Below are positions 1 to 11,477 of a stretch of DNA of 64,000 nucleotides, piece after piece. Position 1 is the first letter of the stretch. Each line of letters starts with the position of its first letter. This DNA is from an uncultured Deinococcaceae bacterium. Lineage in GTDB: Bacteria; Deinococcota; Deinococci; Deinococcales; Deinococcaceae. The stretch covers positions 1 to 64,000 of the forward strand of contig CAXULY010000005.1 of NCBI GenBank assembly GCA_964252075.1, read 5' to 3'. The notes under the pieces were generated by a model. The model was not told where the DNA came from. It did not search any database and saw nothing but the letters and a program-made list of their open reading frames with translations. The position numbers were made by a program, and so were the translations under genes.

Positions 1-59
<59 letters not shown>

Positions 60-151
60 GTTTCCTCCTGAGAGCGCTTGGCCTGAAAAAGCCTGTTCAG
101 AAAAAGAATGCGGCCCGCTGTTGAAGGGGCGGGCCGGACATTCAAACCTGT

Positions 152-303
<152 letters not shown>

Positions 304-307
304 ACAC

Positions 308-395
<88 letters not shown>

Positions 396-429
396 AGATT
401 ACACGGCCCAACTGTGCCAATCAAAGCTG

Positions 430-506
<77 letters not shown>

Positions 507-590
507 ACCTTCATGCTCCGGCCAGGCGGGAACCCGCCTCCCAAATGCGGACGTGCTTTTGCCCGTGGGCGCGCTCACTTCCGGATTGGG

Positions 591-620
591 ATACTAGCAC
601 CCGCTCAAGAAGGGTGTCAA
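591..620 (-). promoter_or_regulatory. Sigma70-type promoter of the tRNA-tuf operon
   Basis: TTGACA (615-620), 18-nt spacer, TAGTAT (591-596) on the minus strand. Confidence 0.7.
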
Positions 621-804
621 GCGATTCAAAGCCCCCGGCGCGCCGTGACAGGCCGCCTTCATGCCACCTGCTGTGCCCTTCGGAATCCGCCAATTGACGC
701 ATTGGTGTGCAGGCCAGCGGGCGTACACTGTCAGGGCTTATCCCTTCCGGCTGGAACGAAGGCAGCAGAAGGGGTGCGGCGCGCCCTTGCCGCCCGAGGT
801 GATC

Positions 805-2745
805 TTGAACAATCTGCGAACCCTATGGCCTTACGTCCGCCTGCACGGACGGCAGTACATCCTGGGCCTGCTGGCCGTGCTCCTCAGCACCGCCGCCGCC
901 CTGCTCCCCGCCTACCTGCTGGGCCGCGGCATTGACGGCCTCACCCGCAGCGCCGACGGGGACCCCACCACCCCCGGCATCACGGCCGGCACCGTCGCGC
1001 TGTACGCCACTGGCATCGTCCTGGCCGCCGTGCTCGCGGGCGCCCTGATGCTCGTCATGCGCCGCCAGATCGTCTTCGCGAGCCGCCAGACCGAGTACGA
1101 GATCCGCCGCGACATCTTCGGGCACCTGCAGACGCTCGACAAGCACTACTACGACCGCGCCCGCACCGGCGACCTCATGAACCGCCTCACGGGCGACCTC
1201 AGCGCCGTGCGCGAGATGCTCGGCTTCGGATCCTGGCAGGTCGCGAACGTCGTGGCGGGCTTCGGCTGGAGCCTCGCCGTGATGTTCAGCATCTCCGTGA
1301 AGCTCACGTGGCTGGTCCTCGCGGTGTTTCCCTTCATCATCCTGATCCTGTACGTCCTCGCGCGCCTGATCTCCGCACGGTACGTGCGCGTGCAGGAGCA
1401 GAACAGCCTGATTTCCGCCAAGGCGCAGGAGAACTTCTCCGGCGCGCGCGTCGTGAAGGGCTACGCCATTGAGGACCGCGAGATCAACGAGTACAAGGCC
1501 ATGAACGACGAACTGGTGCACCGCGCCATCAAACTCGCGCGCGTGGACGGCCCGCTGCAGGCCAGCATGAGCCTCCTGATGGGCGTCGCGTACGTCCTCG
1601 CCCTGATTTACGGCGGGCGCATCATCCTGGGCCTCGTGCCCGGCGAGACCCTCACCATCGGCAAGTTCACGCAGTTCGCGCTCACCCTGGAGCGCCTCGC
1701 GTGGCCGATGCTCTCCATCGGCATGATCACCAACCTCACGCAGCGCGGCAGCGCCTCCTGGGGCCGCCTGCGCGAGATCCTGGCGGCCCGCCCGCTCGTG
1801 CGTGACGACGCGCGCCGCGACCCCAGCGTCCACACCCTCAAGGGAGACCTGGATTTCGTGAACGTCGGCCTGCGCTTCAACGACACCGACGTGCTCAAGG
1901 GCGTCACCCTGCACGTGCCCGCCGGCATGACGCTCGGCATCACGGGGCCCACCGGCAGCGGCAAGACCCTGCTGGGGCAGCTCGTGACGCGCCTGCTCGA
2001 CCCCACCTCCGGCACCATCAGGATTGACGGCGTGGACGTGCGGCGCATTCCGCTGAAGGTGCTGCGGCAGCATATCGCGGTGGTGCCGCAGGAACCCTTC
2101 CTGTTCGGTGACACCGTCGCGGCGAACATCGCCTTCGGCCTGGAAGGCAAGCGCTTCGACCCCGTGCCGACCGGCAAGGCCGTCTGGCAGACCCCGCCGC
2201 CCGACGACCACGACCCCACCCCTGACATGGACCGCGTGCGGCAGGCCGCGGAACTTGCGGGCCTCGCGCGCGACGTGCAGGACTTCCCGGCGGGCTACGA
2301 CACCATGCTCGGCGAGCGCGGCGTGACGCTCTCCGGCGGGCAGCGGCAGCGCACGGCGCTCGCGCGCGCCATCGCGCGCGAGCCGCGCATCCTGATCCTC
2401 GACGACGCCATGAGCGCCGTGGACACCGAAACCGAGAGCCGCATCCTGCAGGGCCTGCGGCAGGTGCAGCAGGGCCGCACGGTGCTGCTGATCGGCCACC
2501 GCGTCAGCACCCTGCGGCACGCCGACCACATCATCGTGCTGGACCAGGGCCACATCGTGGAGCAGGGCAGCCACGACGACCTCCTCGCGGCGGGCGGCGC
2601 CTACGCCGAACTGGAACGCAAGCAGCGCCTCGAAGAAGACCTTGAAGACGAAGCGGGCGAAACCATGGTGGAGGGCGCTACATCCACCCCACCCGACTCA
2701 CCCACGCCGGAACCCGCCGTGCGAGACACGAAGGTGCGCCCATGA
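805..2745 (+). CDS. ABC exporter fused permease/ATPase, subunit A (MdlA-like)
   Basis: TM domain plus Walker [21 protein letters not shown] start at 805 follows a GAGGTG RBS. Confidence 0.9.
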   Translation: MNNLRTLWPYVRLHGRQYILGLLAVLLSTAAALLPAYLLGRGIDGLTRSADGDPTTPGITAGTVALYATGIVLAAVLAGALMLVMRRQIVFASRQTEYEIRRDIFGHLQTLDKHYYDRARTGDLMNRLTGDLSAVREMLGFGSWQVANVVAGFGWSLAVMFSISVKLTWLVLAVFPFIILILYVLARLISARYVRVQEQNSLISAKAQENFSGARVVKGYAIEDREINEYKAMNDELVHRAIKLARVDGPLQASMSLLMGVAYVLALIYGGRIILGLVPGETLTIGKFTQFALTLERLAWPMLSIGMITNLTQRGSASWGRLREILAARPLVRDDARRDPSVHTLKGDLDFVNVGLRFNDTDVLKGVTLHVPAGMTLGITGPTGSGKTLLGQLVTRLLDPTSGTIRIDGVDVRRIPLKVLRQHIAVVPQEPFLFGDTVAANIAFGLEGKRFDPVPTGKAVWQTPPPDDHDPTPDMDRVRQAAELAGLARDVQDFPAGYDTMLGERGVTLSGGQRQRTALARAIAREPRILILDDAMSAVDTETESRILQGLRQVQQGRTVLLIGHRVSTLRHADHIIVLDQGHIVEQGSHDDLLAAGGAYAELERKQRLEEDLEDEAGETMVEGATSTPPDSPTPEPAVRDTKVRP

Positions 2746-4586
2746 CCATGCAGCCGGACGACGCCTTCCGCAAGGAATTCGACTGGGTCCTCACCCGCCG
2801 CATCTCCGCCTACCTGAAGCCCTTCATGGGCCTCGTGGTGGCCGCCCTGGTGTGCGCCTTCCTGATTGCCGTCGCACAACCTGTCTTCGGCCTGATCCAG
2901 CGCTACGCCATCGACCACTTCCTCGCGCCCAGCACCGGGGGCGGCAACGCCGACAAGAACGCCCTCTTCCAGGGCCTCCTGACCGCCGCGCTGCTGTACC
3001 TGGTCCTGAAGTTCGTGGAGTTCGGCCTGCGGTACGCGAACACCCTCGCCATCAACTTCCTGGGGCAGCGGGTGCTGTACACCATCCGTGCGGACATCTT
3101 CTCGAAACTGCAGCGCCTGCAGCTCGCGTACTTCGACCAGAACCCCGTGGGGCGCCTCATCACGCGCGTCACGAGCGACGTGGACGCCATCAACCAGTTC
3201 ATCACGGCGGGCCTCGTGAGCCTCATCCAGTCCAGCCTGCTGATCCTCGCGTACGTGATCATCATGCTGACCGTCAGCTGGCAGCTCGCGCTCGTGAGTT
3301 TCATCGTGATGCCGGTGCTGTACTACGCCACGAACTTCTTCCGCACCCGCATCCGCGACGCCTTCCGCGCCACACGCCTCCAGCAGGCCGTCGTGAACAG
3401 CAAACTCAACGAGAACATCACCGGCATGCTGACCACGCAGCTCTTCGGGCGGGAGGGCCTCTCCAGCGTGGACTTCGACCGCAGCAACCGCGCGCTGCTC
3501 AGCGCGAACCTGAACTCCGTGCGGTGGTTCTCGTTCTTCATGCCCACCGTCAGCATCCTCGGGCAGGTTGCTGTGGCGCTCGTGCTGTGGTACGCCGGGC
3601 ACGACATCCTGCGCGGCAGCGGCGTGACGCTCGGCACGCTCATCGCCTTCGTCGCGTGGGTCACGCAGCTGTTCCAGCCCATCCAGGACCTCAGCGACGT
3701 CTTCAACAACCTGCAGCTCGCCATGGCGTCCAGCGAACGCATCTTCGGCGTGCTGGACACAGAGGAGTCCATCACCGACAAGCCGGACGCCAAGCGCCTC
3801 GCGAACTTCAGGGGCCAGGTGGACCTCGACAAGGTGTGGTTCAGTTACGACAGCAGCGTGACCGCCGAGACGCCCGACGCGGACGACCGCTGGACCTTGC
3901 GCGGCATTGACCTGCACATCAAGCCCGGTGAGAGCGTCGCGCTGGTCGGCGCGACCGGCGCGGGCAAGACCAGCATCACCAGCCTCGTGTCGCGCTTCTA
4001 CGACGTGCAGCGCGGCGCCGTGCGGGTGGACGGCACGAACGTGCGGGACCTCGCGCAGCACGACCTGCGCCGCCACATCGGGGTGGTGCTGCAGGACGTG
4101 TTCCTGTTCGCCGGCACCATGTTCAGCAACCTCACGCTCGGTGACGAGCGCATCTCGCTGGAGCGCGTGGTACAGGCCTGCAAGTACGTCGGCGTGCACG
4201 ACTACATCATGAGCCTCCCCGACGGGTACGAGACGGAAGTGCGCGAGCGCGGCGCGACCCTCTCCACCGGGCAGAAGCAACTGCTGGCCTTCGCGCGCGC
4301 CCTGATCCAGAACCCGGACATCCTGCTGGTGCTGGACGAGGCGACCGCCAGCGTGGACACCGAGACGGAACTGCGGATTCAGGAGGCGCTGGAGAAGGTC
4401 ATGGCGGGCCGCACCAGCATCGTGATCGCGCACCGCCTCTCCACCATTGAGCACTGCGACCGCATCGTGGTGATGCGCAAGGGCAAAGTGGTGGAGGAGG
4501 GCAGCCACCGCGAACTGCTCGCGCAGGGCGGTTACTACGCGAGGCTGCACCGCCTGCAGTACGCGCAGGGCGCCGCCGCGGACTGA
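2742..4586 (+). CDS. ABC exporter fused permease/ATPase, subunit B (MdlB-like)
   Basis: [29 protein letters not shown] overlap with the upstream gene. Confidence 0.9.
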   Translation: MTMQPDDAFRKEFDWVLTRRISAYLKPFMGLVVAALVCAFLIAVAQPVFGLIQRYAIDHFLAPSTGGGNADKNALFQGLLTAALLYLVLKFVEFGLRYANTLAINFLGQRVLYTIRADIFSKLQRLQLAYFDQNPVGRLITRVTSDVDAINQFITAGLVSLIQSSLLILAYVIIMLTVSWQLALVSFIVMPVLYYATNFFRTRIRDAFRATRLQQAVVNSKLNENITGMLTTQLFGREGLSSVDFDRSNRALLSANLNSVRWFSFFMPTVSILGQVAVALVLWYAGHDILRGSGVTLGTLIAFVAWVTQLFQPIQDLSDVFNNLQLAMASSERIFGVLDTEESITDKPDAKRLANFRGQVDLDKVWFSYDSSVTAETPDADDRWTLRGIDLHIKPGESVALVGATGAGKTSITSLVSRFYDVQRGAVRVDGTNVRDLAQHDLRRHIGVVLQDVFLFAGTMFSNLTLGDERISLERVVQACKYVGVHDYIMSLPDGYETEVRERGATLSTGQKQLLAFARALIQNPDILLVLDEATASVDTETELRIQEALEKVMAGRTSIVIAHRLSTIEHCDRIVVMRKGKVVEEGSHRELLAQGGYYARLHRLQYAQGAAAD

Positions 4587-4680
4587 GCGCAGCCGTCAGG
4601 AAGGCGGGGGCCGGGCATCGTTGCCCGGCCCCTCTTCTGCGTTGGCGACTTCCTGAGCCTAAGATAAACTCTTCTTTACT

Positions 4681-6003
4681 GTGCTTCTCATTCAGTCCTG
4701 CCTTCGCCACGCCCGTGCGGCCCTCACCGCCCTTTCCGCCCTGACCGCGCTCAGCGCACCGCCCGCGCACGCCCTCAACTTCACGCTGGTGTACCACCAC
4801 GTCGGCCAGGGCACGAACGGCACCATGGGCGTGCAACCCGCAGAACTGCAGGACCGCGTGACGCGCCTGCGCGCCCTCGGGTACCGCTTCGTAACGAGCA
4901 GCGAGATTACCGCCGTTGCCCCGGCGGACCGCACCGCCACCCTGGAGTTCGACGACGGCTTCGAGGATGTGTACACCGCCGCATTTCCCGCCCTGCGGGC
5001 GCTCGGCGTGACCGCGACGGTGTACCCGATCCTGAACCTGATCGGCGCGCCCGGCCACATGAGCGCCGATCAGCTCGCGGAGTTGCGCGCGGCGGGCTGG
5101 GAGGTCGGCTCGCACACGCGCACGCACGCGGACCTGACGGACCTCACGCCCGGTAGCCTGGAGCGCGAGCTGGGCCAGCAGGGCGCCCCCTTGCCCGGCA
5201 CGCCGCCCTGCCTCGCGTACCCGCTGAGCCGCCACGATGCGCGCGTGCGGCGCTTCACCGCCCAGCATTACGCCTGCGGGGTGGGCGGCGCCTTTGGCGT
5301 GCAGGCTGAGGACCCCTACGCCCTGCGCGGCTCCCTCGTGACGCCATGGGACGACACGCTGCTGCCCTGGCGCGCCGCGACGGGCCTCGACCTGCGCGCG
5401 CCCATGCTGCTGCTCGGCGCGGGCGCCGTGGCGTTCGACCAGCGTGGCGCGCTGCACGCCGCCCCCCCCTTCTGGAACGCCGCGCCGTACGAGCTCCTGG
5501 GCGGCGGGCGCTACAGCGTGGAGTGGTTCGGGCGGGAGCGCAGCAGCGCCCTCGCGGCGCGCGAGGGCCGCTGGGTGGTGAGCGGCGTGGCGGCGCGCGG
5601 TCAGCAGGACTTCTGGGGCGCCACCCTCGCGTACCGCACCGAGCCCCTCACGCTGGCCGCCGGGTGGAGCAGCGCCGGGCCGGTGCTGGGCGCGGCCCTC
5701 GCGCTGAACGGCTACGGCGAGCTGTGGGCGCGCTACAGCGGCCACATGACGGTGGGCACCGAGCTGATCCCGCTGGATTACACGCGCCTGAAGCTGGAGT
5801 ACGACCCCACGCGCGGCGCGGCCGCCGAAGCGAGCTACGCGCTGCCGTGGAACAGCGGTGAGGGCCGACCCGTGCGCGTGCTGGCCGGGTACCAGGATGG
5901 GTGGTACGTGGGCGGCGAGTACCGCATGGGGAGTTTCGCGCTGCGCCTGCGCGCCGCGCCCGGCGCGCGCGCCTTCGGGGTGGGCGTCAGCAGCGTGTGG
6001 TGA
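4681..6003 (+). CDS. Secreted CE4 polysaccharide deacetylase with a C-terminal putative beta-barrel
   Basis: Signal peptide ending AHA; YHHV, FDDG, GSHTRTH, LAYP motifs; amphipathic strands ending in terminal W. Confidence 0.75.
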   Translation: MLLIQSCLRHARAALTALSALTALSAPPAHALNFTLVYHHVGQGTNGTMGVQPAELQDRVTRLRALGYRFVTSSEITAVAPADRTATLEFDDGFEDVYTAAFPALRALGVTATVYPILNLIGAPGHMSADQLAELRAAGWEVGSHTRTHADLTDLTPGSLERELGQQGAPLPGTPPCLAYPLSRHDARVRRFTAQHYACGVGGAFGVQAEDPYALRGSLVTPWDDTLLPWRAATGLDLRAPMLLLGAGAVAFDQRGALHAAPPFWNAAPYELLGGGRYSVEWFGRERSSALAAREGRWVVSGVAARGQQDFWGATLAYRTEPLTLAAGWSSAGPVLGAALALNGYGELWARYSGHMTVGTELIPLDYTRLKLEYDPTRGAAAEASYALPWNSGEGRPVRVLAGYQDGWYVGGEYRMGSFALRLRAAPGARAFGVGVSSVW

Positions 6004-6042
6004 ACAAAGGGGCCCGGGCAGTCTGCCCGGGCCCCTTTGTTT
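6004..6042. terminator. Bidirectional intrinsic terminator
   Basis: ACAAAGGGGCCCGGGCAG-T-CTGCCCGGGCCCCTTTGT hairpin between convergent genes. Confidence 0.85.
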
Positions 6043-6051
6043 CACGGTCCC

Positions 6052-7458
6052 TCAGGCGTGAATGGCGCGCTTCTCCACGCTCATCGCCGCTTCCTTCACG
6101 GCCTCACTGAGGGTGGGGTGCGCGTGCACCGTGCGCGCGAGGTCCTCGGCGCTCCCGCCGAACTCCATGACGCTCACCGCCTCGCTGATCAGCTCCGACA
6201 CGCTCGGCCCGACCATGTGCACGCCCAGGATGCGGTCCGTCTTCGCGTCCGCGACGACCTTCACGAAGCCGCGCGTGTCACCGTGCCCGGTGGCGCGCCC
6301 GTTCGCGCTGAACGGGAACTGCCCCGCGCGCACCTCGAAGCCCTGCTCCTTCGCCTGCGGCTCGGTGAGGCCCACCCAGGCAATCTCCGGGCTGGTGTAG
6401 ATCACCCACGGCACCGCCGCGTAGTTCACGTGCCCCGCCTGCCCCGCCAGCAGTTCCGCGACGGCGACGCCCTCGTCCTCGGCCTTGTGCGCCAGCATCG
6501 CGCCCCCGATCACGTCCCCGATGGCGTACACGTTCTGCAGGTTGGTGCGGTAATGGTCGTCCACCGTGATGAAGCCGCGCGCGTCCAGCGTGAGGCCCAC
6601 CTCCTCGGCGCCCAGGCCACTCGTGTTCGGCACGCGGCCCACCGCCACAACCAGCTTGTCGAACTCCGCGGTGACGCCCTGATCCTTCTCGGTGTACGTG
6701 ACGCGCACGCTGCTGCCCGCGTCCTCGATGCCGTCGATCTTCACGCCGAAGTGGAAGTCCAGGCCCTGCTTCTGGAACTGCTTCAGGGCCTCCTTGCTCA
6801 CGGCGGGGTCGGCAGCCAGCAGGAAGCCCGGCAGGGCCTCCAGCACCGTCACCTGCGCGCCCAGGCGGCGCCACACGCTGCCCAGCTCCACCCCGATCAC
6901 GCCCGCGCCGATCACGCCGAGGCGGGCGGGCACCGCGTCCAGCGCGAGCGCGCCCTCGTTGTCCAGAATGTTCGCGCCGAACTGCAGGTTCGGCAGGGCG
7001 CGCGGGGTGCTGCCCGTCGCGAGGATCACGTGCTTCGCGCTGACCTCCTCGCCCGCCGCATCCACAATCCAGCCGCCCTGGTCCTGCCGCACAAGGCGCC
7101 CGTAGCCCGCGTAGCTCTTCACCTTGTTCTTCTTGAACAGGAAGGCCACGCCGCCCGACATCTTGTCCACGACCGCTTCCTTGCGCCGCATCATGGTCGC
7201 CACGTCAATCTTGGGGGCGTCCACCAGGATGCCGTGCTCGGCGGCCTCGTGCCCGATCATCTCGAACTTCTCGCTGGTGTCCAGCAGCGCCTTGCTGGGA
7301 ATGCACCCCACGTTCAGGCAGGTGCCGCCCAGACTTGGCTTGCCGTTTCGCACGAAGGCGTCCACGCAGGCGGTCCTGAAGCCGAGCTGCGCGGCGCGAA
7401 TCGCCGCGACGTACCCGCCGGGGCCGCCGCCAATCACCACCACATCGAATGCTTCCAC
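6052..7458 (-). CDS. lpdA: Dihydrolipoamide dehydrogenase (E3)
   Basis: [30 protein letters not shown] start 7 nt after TAGAAT. Confidence 0.96.
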   Translation of the reverse strand: MEAFDVVVIGGGPGGYVAAIRAAQLGFRTACVDAFVRNGKPSLGGTCLNVGCIPSKALLDTSEKFEMIGHEAAEHGILVDAPKIDVATMMRRKEAVVDKMSGGVAFLFKKNKVKSYAGYGRLVRQDQGGWIVDAAGEEVSAKHVILATGSTPRALPNLQFGANILDNEGALALDAVPARLGVIGAGVIGVELGSVWRRLGAQVTVLEALPGFLLAADPAVSKEALKQFQKQGLDFHFGVKIDGIEDAGSSVRVTYTEKDQGVTAEFDKLVVAVGRVPNTSGLGAEEVGLTLDARGFITVDDHYRTNLQNVYAIGDVIGGAMLAHKAEDEGVAVAELLAGQAGHVNYAAVPWVIYTSPEIAWVGLTEPQAKEQGFEVRAGQFPFSANGRATGHGDTRGFVKVVADAKTDRILGVHMVGPSVSELISEAVSVMEFGGSAEDLARTVHAHPTLSEAVKEAAMSVEKRAIHA

Positions 7459-7965
7459 GCCCGGAATTCTAACGCCGCACTCAAGGACGGAAGGTGCCGC
7501 GTTCCCGGTGGGGTGACAGCATCCACCGGTAAGGCTGGAGGCGCACCGGATATGGCCCCTGCCTGCGGGCTGCATCGCGTGAGCGCCGAGCTGCGTTCCC
7601 GCCACGCAGGCGAAGGTATGGTGGGCTCCCGCGAGGCGATCCGCTGGGTCTCTCCGAGGGCCGTTGCCCGCGCACAGAACAGGTGATGATCTCAGGGTGC
7701 GGCTGCCCCTGTTATGTCACAGGTGCTTCAACACCCTGAAGAACGCCCCGACCGTGACGATCAGGCCGGTTGACTCCTACAGTGCGTGGGTCAGGCGGCC
7801 AGCCTTTCGTCCAGCTCGATATGACCGCCCGGCAGGGCGTGATCTGCGCAGAAGGAATCCGTCGTCCTCCATGGTGGGAGGCGCGAGGAGGTGCGTCCCA
7901 GAAATGGCTGGCATGCCCGTCGAAGACGCTTGGCCCGTGGCCCTGGCGTGCGCGTACAGTGGGGC

Positions 7966-8709
7966 ATGACCGTAACGAATGAACGCGAACTGAAGGGCAT
8001 GCAGCGGGTGGGCCAGGTGGTGGCGGAAGCGCTCGCGGCGCTGAAGGCCGCGGTGGAGCCGGGCGTGACGCCCGCCGAACTGGACCGCGTGTGCGGTGAG
8101 GTCTTCGCCCGGCACGGCGCGCAGAGCGCCCCGCGCATGGTGTACGGCGCGCCCGTGAACGCCTTTGTGAGCGTGAACGACGACGTGGTGCACGGCCTGC
8201 CTACCGACCGACCCCTGCAGCCCGGTGACGTGGTGAAGCTGGACGTGACGCCCTGGCTGGATGGGTTCGTCGCGGACGCCGCGGTGACGGTGACGGTGCC
8301 GCCCGCCTCGCCCGTCGCGCTGCACCTCATTGCCTGCGCGGAGGCGGCCTTCGACGCGGCGATGCAGGTGGCGCGCGCGGGCCGCGCGCAGAACGTGATC
8401 GGGCGGGCGGTGCAGGCGGAGGTGCGGCGGCGCGGGTTCACGCTGCTGCGCGAGTTGCAGGGGCACGGCGTGGGCCGCACCATTCACGAGGCGCCGGACG
8501 TGCCGAACTTCGAGCACCCGGCCCTGCGTGCGCCGCTGCGCGAGGGCCTGGTCATCGCGGTGGAGCCGATGGTGTCCAGCGGTCGGGCGTGGCGCACCAC
8601 CACCCGCGCGGACGGCTGGACCATCGCGACCACGGACGGCGGGCTCGCGGCGCATTACGAGCACACGGTCATGATCACGCGCGGTCGCCCGCTCGTGCTG
8701 ACCGCCTGA
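7966..8709 (+). CDS. map: Type I methionine aminopeptidase
   Basis: [33 protein letters not shown]. Confidence 0.93.
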   Translation: MTVTNERELKGMQRVGQVVAEALAALKAAVEPGVTPAELDRVCGEVFARHGAQSAPRMVYGAPVNAFVSVNDDVVHGLPTDRPLQPGDVVKLDVTPWLDGFVADAAVTVTVPPASPVALHLIACAEAAFDAAMQVARAGRAQNVIGRAVQAEVRRRGFTLLRELQGHGVGRTIHEAPDVPNFEHPALRAPLREGLVIAVEPMVSSGRAWRTTTRADGWTIATTDGGLAAHYEHTVMITRGRPLVLTA

Positions 8710-8710
8710 C

Positions 8711-9355
8711 TCAGCTTGCCCAGTACCGGAGGAAGGTCGTGGCGGGCGCGTGCGCCAGCGCGGCCGCCGTGGTGCCCAGGGCGTCCAGCCCGCGCCCCAC
8801 GAGGTCGTAGGCGAGGGCGTACCCAGCCCAGCGGGGGAGGGCGCGCGCCGCGCTGCCGAAGAACCAGGCGTTGTGGTCGTAGCGCGGCGCGCTGAGCTCC
8901 TGGCGGGCCAGCACGTACAGGCGCGCGAGGTCCGCGCCGACCACCCCCCTCGCGTAGAGGGGCGGCGTGTCGCGGAAGTCCCGCTCGAAGTGCATGGCGA
9001 GGCCCTCGCTCACCAGGGCGCCCAGCAGGCTCTGGCCGTACCCGGGGTCGCGCCAGCGGGCGCAGTGGTGCCACTCGTGCGCGAGGGTAGGCGGCAACTC
9101 CGCCTCAAGGTGCTCGTTCAGGGCGGGGGTGGTGGGATCCACGCTGACGTACATGATGTTGCCGCTGGGTGAGGTGCCGCCGATGCCCACCTCCGGAACG
9201 GCGCCCCAGGGGTTCACGCCTATCACGATGTCGAGGCGGTCCAGCGGCAGCAGCGCCTGCGCGCGCGTGATGGTCGCTGCTGCCGTGTCGCGCAGCGCGC
9301 CCTCGTAGGCGTCGAGCACCCCGGAGCCGTTGATGATGTGCAGCGTGGCGGGCAT
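8711..9355 (-). CDS. DUF2268-like putative Zn-dependent peptidase
   Basis: AHEWHH..R zincin motif, EGLA, RWAGY. Confidence 0.75.
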   Translation of the reverse strand: MPATLHIINGSGVLDAYEGALRDTAAATITRAQALLPLDRLDIVIGVNPWGAVPEVGIGGTSPSGNIMYVSVDPTTPALNEHLEAELPPTLAHEWHHCARWRDPGYGQSLLGALVSEGLAMHFERDFRDTPPLYARGVVGADLARLYVLARQELSAPRYDHNAWFFGSAARALPRWAGYALAYDLVGRGLDALGTTAAALAHAPATTFLRYWAS

Positions 9356-9414
9356 GTGCTGAGCAGGATACTGGCGGGTGGCGGTCGGGGCTGTGAGCGG
9401 GCGGACAGGTCCCT

Positions 9415-9960
9415 TCAGGGCTGTGGGTCGGTGAGCGCCTCGACTTCCTGCCAGAAGCGCAGGCTGGCTTCCTCGTACAGCAGCCCCATGCGCAGGGGGT
9501 AGGTGGAGGGGTGCTGGCGGAGGGTGGTGCCGATGGACGCCCACGCCCGCTGGTACTCGGCGAGGCGCGCGGCGTGCAGGTTCCCCTGCTCGGCGGCGAG
9601 GGCGCGCCGCTGCTCGGGCGTGCCGTGCGCCGCGAAGAACAGGCGCAGCAGGCCGGGGTCGCGCAGTTCGCCCTCGCCTGCGGGCGTGGCAAGCCAGCCA
9701 CGCAGGGCGGCGTGCCCCGCGTCGGTGAGGTGGTAGAGGCGGCGGCGCCGTCCACCCTCTTCCTGCTGTTCGGTCAGCAGGCCGAGTTCCGCGAGGCGGC
9801 GGGGTTCGGCGTACAGCTGCGAGTGCGGAAACGACCAGAAGTGCCCCACGGTGTCGTCCACGTGGCGTTTGAGGTCGTAGGAGGTGGATGGACCGTGGTC
9901 GGCCAGGAGGCCCAGGACGATGGCCGAGATGGGGTTCAGTCGGGGGCTTGCATCGGTCAT
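9415..9960 (-). CDS. PadR-family transcriptional regulator
   Basis: SYDL, FWS..HSQLY, RRLYHLTDAG..L..WL. Confidence 0.9.
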   Translation of the reverse strand: MTDASPRLNPISAIVLGLLADHGPSTSYDLKRHVDDTVGHFWSFPHSQLYAEPRRLAELGLLTEQQEEGGRRRRLYHLTDAGHAALRGWLATPAGEGELRDPGLLRLFFAAHGTPEQRRALAAEQGNLHAARLAEYQRAWASIGTTLRQHPSTYPLRMGLLYEEASLRFWQEVEALTDPQP

Positions 9961-10036
9961 GCCCACAGTGTACATTCGGTTCAGATGGTCCATTTAGGAC
10001 TATAGGGCCGCATCCGGCCCGCAGAAGGAGCCTGGC

Positions 10037-10543
10037 ATGACCCAAGCCCACCGCGCCACCCCCCAACGCCTCGCCGCCGAGCTGGACGGTGACTTCGTCG
10101 TCTTCCTGATCGGCATGCAGATCAGGCGGCCCTGGCAGGTCCGCAGCTGGATTCCGGTGTTCCTCGCCATGCCCGGCATGCTGCGCGAATTGGCGAGGCA
10201 GCCCGAGTTGGGCTGCCTCGCGAGCTGGAACAGCGGCCTCAGCGTCATTCAGTACTGGCGCAGCACCGATCACCTCATGGCGTACGCCCGGGCCCGCGAG
10301 CACACCCACCTGCCCGCCTGGAGCGCCTTCAACCGCCGCGCGCGGCAGTCCGGCGGCGCGGTGGGCATCTGGCACGAAACCTACCGCGTGCGCGCGGGCG
10401 AGTACGAGGCCGTTTACGTGGACACCGCGCCGCGCGGCCTGGGTCGCGCCGGGCGCCTGCTGCCCGCCACGGGCCGCCGCGAAACGGCTGCCGGACGGCT
10501 GGCCGGGCAGGACCTGAAGGCCGCTGAAGTCGTGAACGGCTGA
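10037..10543 (+). CDS. DUF4188 family protein (heme/monooxygenase-like ferredoxin fold)
   Basis: FVVFLIGM, QYWRS, VGIWHETY, YEAVY..GL. Confidence 0.8.
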   Translation: MTQAHRATPQRLAAELDGDFVVFLIGMQIRRPWQVRSWIPVFLAMPGMLRELARQPELGCLASWNSGLSVIQYWRSTDHLMAYARAREHTHLPAWSAFNRRARQSGGAVGIWHETYRVRAGEYEAVYVDTAPRGLGRAGRLLPATGRRETAAGRLAGQDLKAAEVVNG

Positions 10544-10784
10544 GCTATGGGCAAGGCCTCGCTGTCATCTGCGTGTACACCGTAGGGCGCGTGAGCGCTG
10601 ACGGGCGCTGGCTTGAAACCGCTGAGTGTGTGGGGCGTCTTGGCCGGGGCGCCTCGCGTTGGGCGTCACGTGCGGTACGGGACAAGGTAAGCTGTAATAC
10701 ATAAAGCAATTGAGAAATTAAAGTAGCATGGTTGATGGATTGGTTGACGCGCAGTGTGGCTCAACCCAGATTCAGGAGGACACC

Positions 10785-11405
10785 ATGCCCAAAATCGCCA
10801 TCATCATCGGCAGCACCCGCCCCACCCGTTTCGCCGACAAGCCCGCCGCCTGGCTGCGCGGTATCGTCTCCCAGCGCACCGACGCCGACTACGAGTTCGT
10901 GGACCTGCGCGACTACCCCATGCCTTTCTTCGACGAGGTGGCCTCCAACGCCTGGGCGCCCACCCAGAACGAAGTGGCGCAGCGCTGGCAGCAGAAGCTC
11001 CGCGAGTTCGACGGCTACATCTTCCTGACGCCCGAGTACAACCACGCGCCCTCCGCCGTCCTGAAGAACGCGCTCGACCAGGCCTACGTGGAGTGGGTCC
11101 GCAAGCCCGCCGCGTTCGTCGGGTACGGCTCCGTGGGCGCCGCGCGCGCCATTGAGCAGCTGCGCCTGATCGCCGTGGAGCTCCAGATGGCGCCCACCCG
11201 CACGGCCGTGCACATCCAGGGCGCGGACTTCTTCGGCGCGTGGCAGCAGGGCGCGGCGCTTGAGGACATGGCGCACCTGCAGCCTGGCGTGCAGGCCATG
11301 CTGGATGAGCTGACGTGGTGGGCGAACGCCCTGAGCGCCGCCCGCAACAGCCAGAACGTGAGCAGCAGCGAGCCGACCGACGAGGCCTCCACCGCGAACG
11401 CCTGA
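10785..11405 (+). CDS. NADPH-dependent FMN reductase
   Basis: IIGSTRP, TPEYNH..LKNALD, GYG..GAARA; RBS AGGAGG. Confidence 0.9.
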   Translation: MPKIAIIIGSTRPTRFADKPAAWLRGIVSQRTDADYEFVDLRDYPMPFFDEVASNAWAPTQNEVAQRWQQKLREFDGYIFLTPEYNHAPSAVLKNALDQAYVEWVRKPAAFVGYGSVGAARAIEQLRLIAVELQMAPTRTAVHIQGADFFGAWQQGAALEDMAHLQPGVQAMLDELTWWANALSAARNSQNVSSSEPTDEASTANA

Positions 11406-11425
11406 CCGCAGCGGCACGCCCCAGC

Positions 11426-11463
11426 AAAAGGCGGTCAGCGCGAATGCGCTGACCGCCTTTTTT
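11426..11463. terminator. Bidirectional intrinsic terminator
   Basis: AAAAGGCGGTCAGCGC-GAAT-GCGCTGACCGCCTTTTTT. Confidence 0.85.
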
Positions 11464-11477
11464 AATCCTCCGGTGCC

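Noticed and set aside
8711..10375. Long ORF-track calls as fusion proteins (also 36616-39513, 44079-45992, 53841-55715)
   Set aside because: Only the C-terminal portions are protein-like; the upstream parts overlap other real genes, so starts were trimmed.
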